Below, piece by piece: positions 1 to 9,681 of a stretch of DNA of 64,000 bases; within the stretch, counting starts at the first letter, position 1; the number at the start of each line of letters is the position of its first letter. This DNA is from an uncultured Chloroflexia bacterium (GTDB lineage: Bacteria; Chloroflexota; Limnocylindria; Limnocylindrales; CSP1-4), in NCBI GenBank assembly GCA_963735455.1, contig CAVTKZ010000004.1:504758-568757 (forward strand), in the 5' to 3' direction. The position numbers were made by a program, and so were the translations under genes. The notes beneath the pieces are model-generated. The model did not search any database. It had not been told where the DNA came from and saw nothing but the letters and a program-made list of their open reading frames with translations.

Positions 1-77
1 GGATCGAGTCGCCGCCGCTCCGCGCGCTGGCCGGCGGGGAGGCCGCCTCGAGCTGACCAGCGGCGCGGTACCAACCG

Positions 78-2987
78 GTGGCCGATCGCCCAACCCGACC
101 CTTCCCGGAGGAGCAATTCGTGGCCCAGACCGGACCGTCGCCCCGAGCGAAGTCGCCAGGCGGGCGCGGTGCGCCCGCCGCCCGGCCGGAGCCGACCCTG
201 ACGATCGTCGAGACGCGGATCCTGCGCGGCCCGAACTACTGGGCCCGCGAGCCGGTCGTGCGGATGCTGGTCGACCTGGGCAGCCTCGAGGAGTTCCCGA
301 GCAACACGATCCCGGGCTTCGTCGATGCGCTGGTCGAGCTGCTGCCCAGCCTCGAGGACCACGCCTGCTCGCTCGGCCGGCGGGGCGGCTTCATCACCCG
401 CCTTCGCGAGGGAACCTGGAGCGGCCACGTCGCCGAGCACATCGCGCTCGAGCTCCAGAACCTGGCCGGGACCGATGTCCGCCATGGCAAGACCCGCTCG
501 GCCGGCGTCTACGGCCGCTACAACGTGATCTACGAATACCGCGAGGAATCGGTCGGGATCGAGGCCGGCCGGATCGCGGTGGCCCTGGTCAACCACCTCG
601 TTGACCCGCCGGCGAGCCCCGATTTCGACCTGATGGCCGAGCTCGAGGGGCTGATCCGGCTGGCCGAGCGGGCCGCCTTCGGCCCCTCGACCCAGGCCCT
701 GATCGACGAGGCGATCAGCCGCGACATCCCCTACATCCGGCTCGACCGCCACTCGCTGGTCCAGCTCGGCCAGGGCGTCCACCAGCAGCGGATCCGGGCG
801 ACGATGACCTCGCGGACCGCGGCGATCGCGGTCGACATCGCCTCGGACAAGAGCCTGACCAACAAGCTCCTCGATTCGGCCGGCTTGCCGGTGCCCCGCT
901 CGGAGCTGGTCGACAACGAGGAGGACACCGTCGCCGCCGCCAAGCGGCTGGGCTACCCCTGCGTGGTCAAGCCCCTCGACGGCAACCACGGCCGGGGCGT
1001 CCACCTCGACCTGCGTTCTGAGGCAGCCGTGCGGGCGGCGTTCCACGGCGCTCGCCGCGAGAGCCGCTCGGGCGACCTGGTCGTCGAGACGTACGTCGCC
1101 GGCAACGACTACCGCTGCCTGGTCATCGGGGGCAAGGTCGCCGCGATCGCCGAGCGGGTGCCGGCCTCGGTCGTCGGCGACGGCGAGCACACGATCGGCC
1201 AGCTGGTGGACATCGCCAACGCCGACCCCCGCCGGGGGATCGGCCACGAGAAGGTCCTGACCCGGATCAGCGTCGATGCCGACGCGGTCGAGCTGGTCCG
1301 GTCGCAGGGCTTCGAGCTCGACGCCGTCCCGCCCGCCGGCCAGCGGATCAAGCTGGCCCTGACCGGCAACATGTCGACCGGCGGCACGTCGATCGATCGG
1401 ACGATCGAGGCCCATCCCGACAACGTCGAGATCGCCGAGACGGCGGCCCGGATCATCGGCCTCGACGTGGCCGGGATCGACTTCATCTGCCCCGACATCG
1501 CCACCCCGGTCCGCGAGACGGGCGGCGCGATCGTCGAGGTCAACGCGGCGCCCGGCTTCCGGATGCACACCCACCCGACCGAGGGCGAGCCGCAGTACGT
1601 CGCCCGGCCGGTGATCGACGGGCTCTTCCCGGCCGGCACGCCGTCGCGGATCCCGATCCTGGCGGTGACCGGCACGAACGGCAAGACGACCACGGTCCGG
1701 ATGATCGCCCACATCCTCAAGCTGATGGGCCGGCGGGTCGGGATGACCTCGACCGACGGCATCGTGATCGATGGCCGGATGATCAAGAAGGGCGACATGT
1801 CCGGCCCGAAGTCGGCCCAGATGGTCCTCCAGAACCCGACCGTCGACACGGCGGTCTTCGAGGTCGCCCGGGGCGGGATCCTGCGCGAAGGGCTGGGCTA
1901 CGACCGCAACGACGTGGCGGTGGTGACCAATGTGACCGGCGACCACATGGGCCTCGGCGGGATCACCTCGCTCGGCCAGCTGGCGAACGTCAAGGCGGTC
2001 GTCGTCGACGCCGTTCCCCGCTCGGGCACGGTCGTCCTCAACGCCGACGACCCGCTCGTCGCCCGGATGGGCCGCCATTCCGCCGGCCGGGTCGTCTACT
2101 TCTCGATGCAGACGACCAAGGGCGAGGAGGGCTACGACCGGGTCGACGGCCACGTCGGCCGGGGCGGCGCGGCGTTCAGCATCGACGAGACGCCCGAGGG
2201 CGACCTGGTCGTCCTGCGCCTGGCCGGCCGGACGATGCCGATCCTGTACACCCACCTGATCCCGGCGACGTTCGGCGGCAAGGCCCGGATGAACGTGGCC
2301 AATGCCCTCGCCGCCGCCGCCGCGGCCTGGGCCGCGGGCGCCCACCTGCACGACATCCGGCAGGGCCTGCGGACGTTCTCGACCTCGTTCTTCCAGGCGC
2401 CGGGCCGGCTCAACCTGCTCGAGCTGGGCGGCGTGCGGGTCGTGATCGACTACTGCCACAACGTCGACGGGATGCGCCAGCTGACCGATTTCGTGACCCG
2501 GATGATGAGCGAGCCGGACCTCACCTCGGGCCGCGGCCCCCGGACCAGGGCCGCCCGCTCGAAGGCGGCCGAGGCGGCCGCGGTCCGCCATGGCCGGGCG
2601 ATCGGCGTGATCGGGATCCCCGGCGACCGGCGCGACCAGGACCAGCGCGACTACGGGGCGGTGGCGGCGACCGCCTTCGACGAGATCATCATCCGCGAGG
2701 ACAAGAACCTGCGCGGCCGCGCGCCGGGCGAGACCGCCGGCCACGTCGTCGAGGGCACGCAGGCGGCCAGGAGCGACGGCTCAGGCCGGGCCACGAAGGT
2801 CGAGGAGGTCCTCGACGAGATGGGCGCGGTTCGGCTGGCGCTCAAGCGGGCCGCACCGGGCGACCTCGTCGTGATGTGCGTCGACGACGCGGTCGGCGTC
2901 TACCGCGAGGCGATGGCCGCCGCCCGCGGCCTGGGCGAGGCCAAGGCCTTCGCCGACCCCGGCGAGCTCGACGTCCCCGAAGGCTAG
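78..2987 (+). CDS. cphA: Cyanophycin synthetase CphA1 (N, ATP-grasp and Mur-ligase domains)
   Basis: 969 aa; LRGPNYW and HACSLG..GHVAEH N-domain; VVKPLDGNHGRG and EVNAAPGFRMH ATP-grasp; VTGTNGKTT, EVARGG and DYCHN Mur-like domain. The true start may be slightly downstream. Confidence 0.95.
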   Translation: MADRPTRPFPEEQFVAQTGPSPRAKSPGGRGAPAARPEPTLTIVETRILRGPNYWAREPVVRMLVDLGSLEEFPSNTIPGFVDALVELLPSLEDHACSLGRRGGFITRLREGTWSGHVAEHIALELQNLAGTDVRHGKTRSAGVYGRYNVIYEYREESVGIEAGRIAVALVNHLVDPPASPDFDLMAELEGLIRLAERAAFGPSTQALIDEAISRDIPYIRLDRHSLVQLGQGVHQQRIRATMTSRTAAIAVDIASDKSLTNKLLDSAGLPVPRSELVDNEEDTVAAAKRLGYPCVVKPLDGNHGRGVHLDLRSEAAVRAAFHGARRESRSGDLVVETYVAGNDYRCLVIGGKVAAIAERVPASVVGDGEHTIGQLVDIANADPRRGIGHEKVLTRISVDADAVELVRSQGFELDAVPPAGQRIKLALTGNMSTGGTSIDRTIEAHPDNVEIAETAARIIGLDVAGIDFICPDIATPVRETGGAIVEVNAAPGFRMHTHPTEGEPQYVARPVIDGLFPAGTPSRIPILAVTGTNGKTTTVRMIAHILKLMGRRVGMTSTDGIVIDGRMIKKGDMSGPKSAQMVLQNPTVDTAVFEVARGGILREGLGYDRNDVAVVTNVTGDHMGLGGITSLGQLANVKAVVVDAVPRSGTVVLNADDPLVARMGRHSAGRVVYFSMQTTKGEEGYDRVDGHVGRGGAAFSIDETPEGDLVVLRLAGRTMPILYTHLIPATFGGKARMNVANALAAAAAAWAAGAHLHDIRQGLRTFSTSFFQAPGRLNLLELGGVRVVIDYCHNVDGMRQLTDFVTRMMSEPDLTSGRGPRTRAARSKAAEAAAVRHGRAIGVIGIPGDRRDQDQRDYGAVAATAFDEIIIREDKNLRGRAPGETAGHVVEGTQAARSDGSGRATKVEEVLDEMGAVRLALKRAAPGDLVVMCVDDAVGVYREAMAAARGLGEAKAFADPGELDVPEG

Positions 2988-4756
2988 CGCCGGGGGCGCT
3001 CCTGGAGGCGGGGGATCAGCTCGGTCAGCTCGGAGTGGAGGTCGACCGGCCGGGCGCCCAGGTCGCGCAGCAGGGCGAAGACCGCGTCGCGCTGCTCGTG
3101 GCACATCAGGACCACGATCCGGGCGGTGTCCGGCCGGGCGCCGGTCCGGGCGGCCTCGGCCGCCGCGGCGCCGTTCAGCTCGGCGTGGAGCGCGGCGGTC
3201 TCCGACTCGTAGACCGGCACGTCGCCGGCGGCGACGGGGGTGGCCGCCGAGCGGATCCCCGCCAGCAGCTCGCCCACGATCGACTGGCGGGTCCGGCCGC
3301 GGAGGTAGTTGAGGGTCTCCTTGATCGCCACCCGCTGGGCCCGCTCGGCGGCGATCCGGCCGATCCCGCGGAGGGTGTCGTCGGGCCGGTCGCCGGCGGT
3401 GCCGATGATCGCCGTGATCGGGGTCGTCCGACCCGCGGCGCCCGCGGCAATGCCCTCGGCCACGTCGAGGATCGCCGCGATGCCCGCCTCGTTATGGGCG
3501 AAGTCGACGATCACGATCCGGTTGCCCAGCTTGAAGATGTTCAGCCGGCCCGGCGAGCGCTCGGAGGTCGGCCGGAAGTCGATCAGCCCGTCGCGAACCT
3601 GCTCGATCGTGGCCCCCAGCGCGCGCGCCCCGCCGGCCGCCGCCAGGGCGTTGGCGACGTTGTGGCGGGCCAGCCCGCCGATCGTGATCGGGACCTCGGC
3701 CAGCTCGGCAATCGGTCGGGTCCGGCCCTGCTCGACCTCGACCATCCGGTTGCGCTGGAGGAGGTACGCCCGCCCGCCGGCGGCGACGTGGCGGGCCACC
3801 AGCCCGGGCGGGACGGCCGCGATCGAGAAGTAGGCGACCTGGGCCCGGACCCGGCGGTCGACCGCGGCCACGAACGGGTCGTCGCCGTTGAGGATCGCCC
3901 AGCCGTCGGGCCGGGTGATCCGGCAGATCGTGGCCTTCACCTCGGCCAGCTCGGGCAGGGTATGGATCCCCTGCAGGTCGAGGTGGTCGGAGCTGACGTT
4001 GGTCAGCACGCTGGCATCGTTCGACTCGTAGCCGACACCCTTGAGGACGATCCCGCCCCGGGCGGTCTCGAGGACCGCGACATCGACGTCGGACCGGCCC
4101 AGGATCTGGGCCGCACCCCCCGGGCCGGTCCAGTCACCCTCCTCGACCATCCGCTCGTCGACCAGGACGCCGTCCGAGGTGGTCGTGCCGGTGCGCCGGC
4201 CGGCGCGGATCAGGATGTGGCTGATCAGCCGGGTGGTGGTGCTCTTGCCATTCGTGCCGCTGATCGACACGATCGGGATCCGCCGGTCGGCGTCCCGGAT
4301 CCAGGACGGCGGAGCCGTGTCGCCGTCGTCGATCCGGGCCGCCCAGCGGGCGAGGAGGCGGGCCTGGCCGCCGGTCAGGCGGGCGGTCCGGGCCGGCGAG
4401 ACGTTGCGCTCGACCAGCCCCAGGGCGGCATCGGCGATCGCCCGGGCCCGGCCGGCGGCGGTCCACGGAAAGGTCACGATCCAGTGGCCCGGGTCCGACG
4501 AGCGATGGACGGCCAGCCCGGCCCGGCCCTGGCCATGGTCGGCCCGCAGGCGGCGCAGCCAGGCGGCCAGCGCGGCGACGTCGTCCGGCCAGTCCCGGAC
4601 GGGGACGGCCCGGCCCAGGTGGACCAGGGCGTAGCGCGCCGGGTTCCGCTGGCCGTACCAGGTCCGCCGCCGGCCGATCGCGACCTCGACCTTGACCACC
4701 GGCTCGAGCCGGTAGACGTTGGGTCCCTCGAGCAGGCGAATCTCGATCAAGCGCAC
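2984..4756 (-). CDS. CphA-like protein: divergent N-domain plus Mur-ligase domain, no ATP-grasp domain
   Basis: 590 aa; RLLEGPNVY resembles the CphA N-terminus and runs almost directly into ISGTNGKSTT, ETARGG, TNVSSDHL, PGRLN, DFAHN, GDRPDD. Confidence 0.88.
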   Translation of the reverse strand: MRLIEIRLLEGPNVYRLEPVVKVEVAIGRRRTWYGQRNPARYALVHLGRAVPVRDWPDDVAALAAWLRRLRADHGQGRAGLAVHRSSDPGHWIVTFPWTAAGRARAIADAALGLVERNVSPARTARLTGGQARLLARWAARIDDGDTAPPSWIRDADRRIPIVSISGTNGKSTTTRLISHILIRAGRRTGTTTSDGVLVDERMVEEGDWTGPGGAAQILGRSDVDVAVLETARGGIVLKGVGYESNDASVLTNVSSDHLDLQGIHTLPELAEVKATICRITRPDGWAILNGDDPFVAAVDRRVRAQVAYFSIAAVPPGLVARHVAAGGRAYLLQRNRMVEVEQGRTRPIAELAEVPITIGGLARHNVANALAAAGGARALGATIEQVRDGLIDFRPTSERSPGRLNIFKLGNRIVIVDFAHNEAGIAAILDVAEGIAAGAAGRTTPITAIIGTAGDRPDDTLRGIGRIAAERAQRVAIKETLNYLRGRTRQSIVGELLAGIRSAATPVAAGDVPVYESETAALHAELNGAAAAEAARTGARPDTARIVVLMCHEQRDAVFALLRDLGARPVDLHSELTELIPRLQERPRR

Positions 4757-4766
4757 GGTGCCGGGG

Positions 4767-4788
4767 AGTCTAACAACGCGGGTAGACT
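4767..4788. promoter_or_regulatory. Back-to-back TAGACT -10 boxes for the divergent CphA-like and M20 genes
   Basis: TAGACT on + at 4783-4788, 6 nt before ATG 4795; TAGACT on - at 4767-4772, 10 nt before GTG 4756; no SD for either gene. Confidence 0.55.
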
Positions 4789-4794
4789 GCCGGA

Positions 4795-6066
4795 ATGGAG
4801 ACCCTGCACCCGCCCGGCGCGGCGGTCACGCCCGACGAGCTCGAGGAGCTCGAGGAGATCGTCCAGGACGAGCTGCCGGCCTACCTCGAGGACCTGGCCA
4901 CCCTGGTCAACATCGACTGCGGCAGCTACACCAAGGCCGGCGTCGACCAGGTCGGCAAGTGGACGGCCGCCTTCCTCGAACGGCTCGGCGCACAGGTCGA
5001 GATCCACGCCCATGCCACCCTGGGCAACACCGTCGTGGGCACCTTCAGCGGCCGGCCCGGCGCGCCCCGGGCGCTCCTGATCGGTCACCTCGACACCGTC
5101 TTCCCCGAGGGCACCGCGGCCCAGCGCCCGCTCCGGATCGATGCCGGGATTGCCCGCGGACCGGGCGTGACCGACATGAAGGGCGGCCTGCTGGCCGGCC
5201 TCTACGCGATCCTGGCCCTGATCTCGCTGGGCGAAGGCGACGACGACACGACGCCTGCCCCGATCCAGCCGCGCGGTGAGCTGCCCTTCGAGCGCCTGGT
5301 CTACGTGGCCAACCCGGACGAGGAGATCGGCTCGATCTCGAGCACGCCGGTGATCCGCGAGCTGGCCCTCGCGTCCGACGTCTGCTTCGTCCTGGAGTGT
5401 GCCCGGGCGAACGGCGACATCGTCTCGGCACGCAAGGGCACGGTCGACCTGCGCCTGACCGTCCACGGCCGGGCGGCCCACGCCGGGGTCGAGCCGGAGA
5501 AGGGCCGCAACGCGATCCTGGCCGCGGCCCACCAGGTGATCGCCCTGCAGGCCCTCAACGGGCGCTGGCCGGGGGTCACCGTCAACGTCGGCGTGATCAA
5601 GGGTGGCACCCGCCCCAACGTCGTGGCCGAGGAGACGATCCTCGAGGTCGACCTGCGAGCGATCAGCGCGGCATCGCTGGCGGAGGCCGAGGCAGCGGTC
5701 CGCGCGATCGCGGCCGCGACCGCGGTGCCCGACACCCAGGTCACGGTCGAGGAGACGGCCCGCCATCAGCCGATGGAGCGCCTCGAGCGGAGCGTCCGGC
5801 TGATCGACCACGCCCGGGCGATCGCCGGCCGGCTGGGCTTCGAGCTGGCCGATGCAGCGACCGGCGGGGCGTCCGACGCGAACACGACGGCCGGCCTGGG
5901 GATCCCCAGCCTCGACGGCCTGGGCCCGGTCGGCGGCAACGACCACTCCCCGAGCGAGTACCTCGAGGTCGACTCGATCGTGCCCCGGACCACCCTCCTG
6001 GCCGGATTGCTGCTGGCCGTGGGCCGCGATCCGCTGGTCGGATCGTGGCGGCCCCACCGGGCCTGA
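4795..6066 (+). CDS. M20 family metallopeptidase (glutamate carboxypeptidase-like)
   Basis: GHLDTVF, GPGVTDMKGG, PDEEIGS, GGASD and HSPSEY metal-binding motifs. Confidence 0.92.
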   Translation: METLHPPGAAVTPDELEELEEIVQDELPAYLEDLATLVNIDCGSYTKAGVDQVGKWTAAFLERLGAQVEIHAHATLGNTVVGTFSGRPGAPRALLIGHLDTVFPEGTAAQRPLRIDAGIARGPGVTDMKGGLLAGLYAILALISLGEGDDDTTPAPIQPRGELPFERLVYVANPDEEIGSISSTPVIRELALASDVCFVLECARANGDIVSARKGTVDLRLTVHGRAAHAGVEPEKGRNAILAAAHQVIALQALNGRWPGVTVNVGVIKGGTRPNVVAEETILEVDLRAISAASLAEAEAAVRAIAAATAVPDTQVTVEETARHQPMERLERSVRLIDHARAIAGRLGFELADAATGGASDANTTAGLGIPSLDGLGPVGGNDHSPSEYLEVDSIVPRTTLLAGLLLAVGRDPLVGSWRPHRA

Positions 6067-6068
6067 CG

Positions 6069-6467
6069 ATGGTCCGCGCCGAACGCCGGCGGATCTCCTC
6101 GGGTGGGCCGTACGAGGCGCGCTTCGGCTACAGCCGGGCGCTCGTCGTGGGCAACGCCTGCTGGGTCTCGGGCACGACCGACGCCGGCCCGGACGGCCGC
6201 TCGCTCCACCTCGCCGATCCGGCCGGCCAGACCCGGGCGATCCTGGCGATCATCGAGGGGGCGCTGCACGAGGCCGGCTTCTCTCGCCACGACGTCGTCC
6301 GGGTCCGGATCTTCACCACGAAGATGGCCGCCAGCCGGGCGATCCTCGATGTCCTCGGGGAGCGCTTCGCCGGGATCGGGCCGGCGGCCACGATCGTCGC
6401 GGTCAAGGGCTTGATCGAGCCCTCGCTGCTGGTCGAGATCGAGGCCGACGCGGTTCGCGATCCCTAG
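6069..6467 (+). CDS. RidA/YjgF family protein
   Basis: SSGGPYEARFGYSRA..VSGTT..LVEIEADA; ATG 2 nt after the M20 stop. Confidence 0.88.
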   Translation: MVRAERRRISSGGPYEARFGYSRALVVGNACWVSGTTDAGPDGRSLHLADPAGQTRAILAIIEGALHEAGFSRHDVVRVRIFTTKMAASRAILDVLGERFAGIGPAATIVAVKGLIEPSLLVEIEADAVRDP

Positions 6468-6802
6468 CCCGCCAGGCCCAGCGCCCGGGCGCCGGCCACG
6501 ATCGCGACGGCCAGCACGATCCCCAGGAGCAGGTTGCGCCGCCAGGCCACGGTCGTGATGCAGGCGGCAACCGCCAGCCACTCGATCCCGACGTGGAATG
6601 CTCCGCCGGGGCCGCTGGTCGCCGGGGTGACCAGGACCTGCGAGGCGGCGATCGCCGCCAGCACGGCCGGTCCGACCAGGCGCAGGTAGTCGAGCGCCCG
6701 GGGCGGGAGGCGATCGAAACCGGGCGCCAGGAGCGGGATCGCCCGGCTGGGGTAGGTCACGAGGGCCATCAGGACGGCGAGGCCGACCAGTCCGGTGGTC
6801 AT
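6464..6802 (-). CDS. azlD: AzlD-type branched-chain amino acid exporter, small subunit
   Basis: VTYPSRAIPLL..LDYLRLVGPAVLAAI; hydrophobic; 4-nt start/stop overlap with azlC. Confidence 0.8.
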   Translation of the reverse strand: MTTGLVGLAVLMALVTYPSRAIPLLAPGFDRLPPRALDYLRLVGPAVLAAIAASQVLVTPATSGPGGAFHVGIEWLAVAACITTVAWRRNLLLGIVLAVAIVAGARALGLAG

Positions 6803-7599
6803 GACGGCAACCCGTCGTCGTGCTCGGCGGCGATCCCGTCGATCAGTGTCGCCTCGGGGGCCCTCGCGGGAATGGCCAGCCCGACCAGCGGGCCGATCAG
6901 GCCGCCGGCCACCACCCCCGCGCGGCTGTCCCAGAGCAGGCCGATCACGACCGCGCAGACCACGCCGACTCCGGCCGCGACCACTTCCCGGCGGCCCAGC
7001 GTGAGGCCGACCGCCAGGCCGGCCATCGCCGCCGGAAAGACGATGTCGAGGCCAAGGACGCGCGGATCCGGGATGAACTGCCCGCCGACCACGCCCAGGA
7101 TCGTGGCCAGGTTCCAGGGGATGAACGTCGAGCCGATCGCGGCCAGCCAGTAGCCGGCCGGATCCGCCCGGCCGAGGCGCCGGAAGTGGACGCTGACCAG
7201 GGCGAACGCCTCGTCGGTGAGCAGGTGCGCCATCACGATCCGCTTGAGGACCGGCTGGCCCCGCAGCCAGGGTGCCAGCGCGGCCGAATACAGGAAGTGG
7301 CGGGCATTGACGAGGGCGGTCACCACCACGATCGCCGGCCAGGCAAAGCCGGCCGCGACCATGCCCGCCGCCGCGAACTGGCTGGCCCCGGCGAAGACGA
7401 TCACCGAGAACGCGATCGCCTCGATCGGCGAGAAGCCCGCCGAACGGGCCGTCAGGCCGAAGACGATCCCGAAGCCGGCCGCCGAAGCGACCAGGCCCAG
7501 CCCGTCGATGGCCAGCCGCCGGCGGGCCGCCCGCAGGATCGCGGGATCGAGCGGTGCCAGGTCCCCGTCCGGCCCGGCCGCGGCGCCTGGCGGGGTCAG
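6799..7599 (-). CDS. azlC: AzlC-type branched-chain amino acid exporter, large subunit (start approximate)
   Basis: FGIVFG..SVIVFAGASQF..VNARHFLYS..LTDEAFA AzlC signature. Confidence 0.85.
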   Translation of the reverse strand: MTPPGAAAGPDGDLAPLDPAILRAARRRLAIDGLGLVASAAGFGIVFGLTARSAGFSPIEAIAFSVIVFAGASQFAAAGMVAAGFAWPAIVVVTALVNARHFLYSAALAPWLRGQPVLKRIVMAHLLTDEAFALVSVHFRRLGRADPAGYWLAAIGSTFIPWNLATILGVVGGQFIPDPRVLGLDIVFPAAMAGLAVGLTLGRREVVAAGVGVVCAVVIGLLWDSRAGVVAGGLIGPLVGLAIPARAPEATLIDGIAAEHDDGLPS

Positions 7600-7868
7600 C
7601 GCAGGAACGTCTTGGCGCAGGTCCCGTCGCACACGACGTAGACGGCATGCAGGTCGTGGGCGAAGCCCGCGACGTGGAGCAACCCGGGGCAACCCGGCGT
7701 CGGGCACTTGTAGACCCACCAGCGGTCGCTTGGGTCGACCGGCGTCGTCTCGGCGGCAAGCTTGGCGGCCAGGCCATCGCGCTCGCTCGTCAGGCGCTCG
7801 ATCGTCGCGGCGCGAACAGCCTCTGTCTCGCTCGTATAGGGGTAGTTCTGACCGACGTTCGACGTCAC
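7596..7868 (-). CDS. Small hypothetical protein (90 aa) with CxxxxC...CxxxC, possibly zinc-binding
   Basis: GGAGG SD before GTG 7868; MTSNVGQNYPY...WWVYKCPTPGCPGLLH...VCDGTCAKTFLR; hidden at the end of ORF 7596..9695. Confidence 0.75.
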   Translation of the reverse strand: MTSNVGQNYPYTSETEAVRAATIERLTSERDGLAAKLAAETTPVDPSDRWWVYKCPTPGCPGLLHVAGFAHDLHAVYVVCDGTCAKTFLR

Positions 7869-7936
7869 GCGATCCTCCGGATTGGCCTCGCCTCCGAGTA
7901 TAGGTGAGGGTCGCGGGGCCCGGTCGCCCGGCGCCT

Positions 7937-9599
7937 CTACCAGGTCGCCGGCAGGCCCTGGCTGCGGGGGTCGGTGGCCGCGGCGACGCTGCCCCCGGCC
8001 GCCGGGCCGCCGGCGACCAGCTCGATCGCGTGGCAGTGGCCGAGCGCACTGTCGAACGGCTCGGTGGGGCTGACCCGGTGGCCGAGGGCGGCCAGGCCGT
8101 CGAGCAGCCCAGGCCCGAAGCGCGGCTCGATCCGGACGATGTCGGGCGGGGCAAAGTGCTCGGCCGGCTCGACGAACCAGCGCGGCTCGGCGACCGCGCT
8201 GGCCACGTCGGCGCCGGCGTCGACGAGGGCCGACACGACCTGGGCGTGGACCTGGGGCTGGGCGTCGCCGCCCATCGAGCCGGTGACCAGCCACGGCCGG
8301 CCGGCCCGGAAGAGCATCGCCGGCATCAGGGTGTGGAGGGTCCGCTTGGATGGCCCGAGGACGTTCGGGTGGGCCTCGTCGAGGCCGAAGTACGAGCCCC
8401 GGTTCTGGTAGGCGATGCCCGTCACGGGATCGACGATCCCGGACCCGAAGCCGGCGTAGTTGCTCTGGATCAGGCTGACCGCGTTGCCGTCGCGATCGAC
8501 GACGCCCAGCCAGATCGTGCCCCCGCCCCGGGGCGTCCGGGCGGCCGCCGGCGCGCTCGCTCGGAGCGGGTCGATTCCGGCCGCGAGCTCGCGGGCATAG
8601 CCCTTGTCGAGCAGCCGCTCGAGGGGCGCCGAGTGGTGCTCGGGATCGGTCAGGTGCTCGTCCCGGTCGGCCATCGCCAGCTTCGAAGCCTCGATCCCGA
8701 GGTGCGCCCAGCGGACCTGGTCGGCCAGCCTTGCGGCGTCGGTTCCGCCCGCATCCGGCGGTTCGAACGACTCCAGGATGTTGAGCAGCTCGAGGGCCAC
8801 GAAGCCCGAGCTGTTGGGCGGGTGGCCGGTCACCCGGACCCCGCGATAGTCGGTCGCAATCGGCTCGGTCCAGGTCGAGGCGTGGGCGCGCAGGTCGCCG
8901 AGGCTGATCGCCGAGCCGGCCGCGGCCAGGGCGCGGGCCTGCTGCTCGGCCGTCCGGCCCTCGTATGGCTCGGCCCAGCCCTCGCCGGCGATCCGTTCGA
9001 GGGTCGCGGCCAGCGCCGGCAGGCGGACCCGGGCGCCTGCCGGCCAGGGCCGTCCGTCCGGCCGGTAGACGGCATGCCAGCCGGCGGCCTGCGAGCCGAG
9101 CTCGCGCTCGAAGACGGCCGAGCTGGTCTCGGTCGCCCGGCAGAACGCCTCGTCGGCCGGGAAGCCGTCCCGGGCGAGCTCGATCGCCGGGGCCAGCAGG
9201 CTGGCTCGGCGGCAGCCGCCCGAATCGGTCGTGGGCATCGCCCCACGAGCGGACTGCGCCGGGGACCGTGATCGACTGGCCACCGCGCTGGGGGATCGAG
9301 CGCAGGCCGCGCCGGCGCAGGGCGGCGGCGCTGGCCGTCGCGGCCGACCGGCCGCTGCCGTTCAGGCCGACCTGCCGCTCGGCGGCCTGGTCCCAGATCA
9401 GCCAGAAGGCGTCGCCGCCGATGCCGCAGGCCTGGTTGTCGACCACGGCCAGGACCGCGTTCGTGGCGATCGCGGCGTCGACCGCCGAGCCGCCGGCGCG
9501 CAGGATGCCCAGCCCCGCGGCCGTCGCCAGGTGGTGGGGCGCGACGACCGCCGCCTGGCCGCCACGGGCAAGGAAGGCCGGGACGAGCGGGCGGTTCAT
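7937..9599 (-). CDS. ggt: Gamma-glutamyltransferase family Ntn-hydrolase (frameshift near 9200-9240)
   Basis: AGGSAVDAAIA..GIGGDAF..TVPGAV in one frame; GGGT-IWLGVVDRDGNAVS (catalytic Thr), GSMGGDAQPQ and ATDPRS in the next. Confidence 0.9.
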
Positions 9600-9681
9600 C
9601 GTTCGGCCGAGTCTACCCGCCCGACGGTCGTGTGGCCGGGACGCAACAGGTGGCCGGTGCGGGCCTGTAGGCTTGCCGGGC

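Noticed and set aside
1-56. 3' end of an upstream ORF (..IESPPLRALAGGEAASS*), possibly cyanophycinase
   Set aside because: Only 17 codons with no diagnostic motif; identity cannot be supported.
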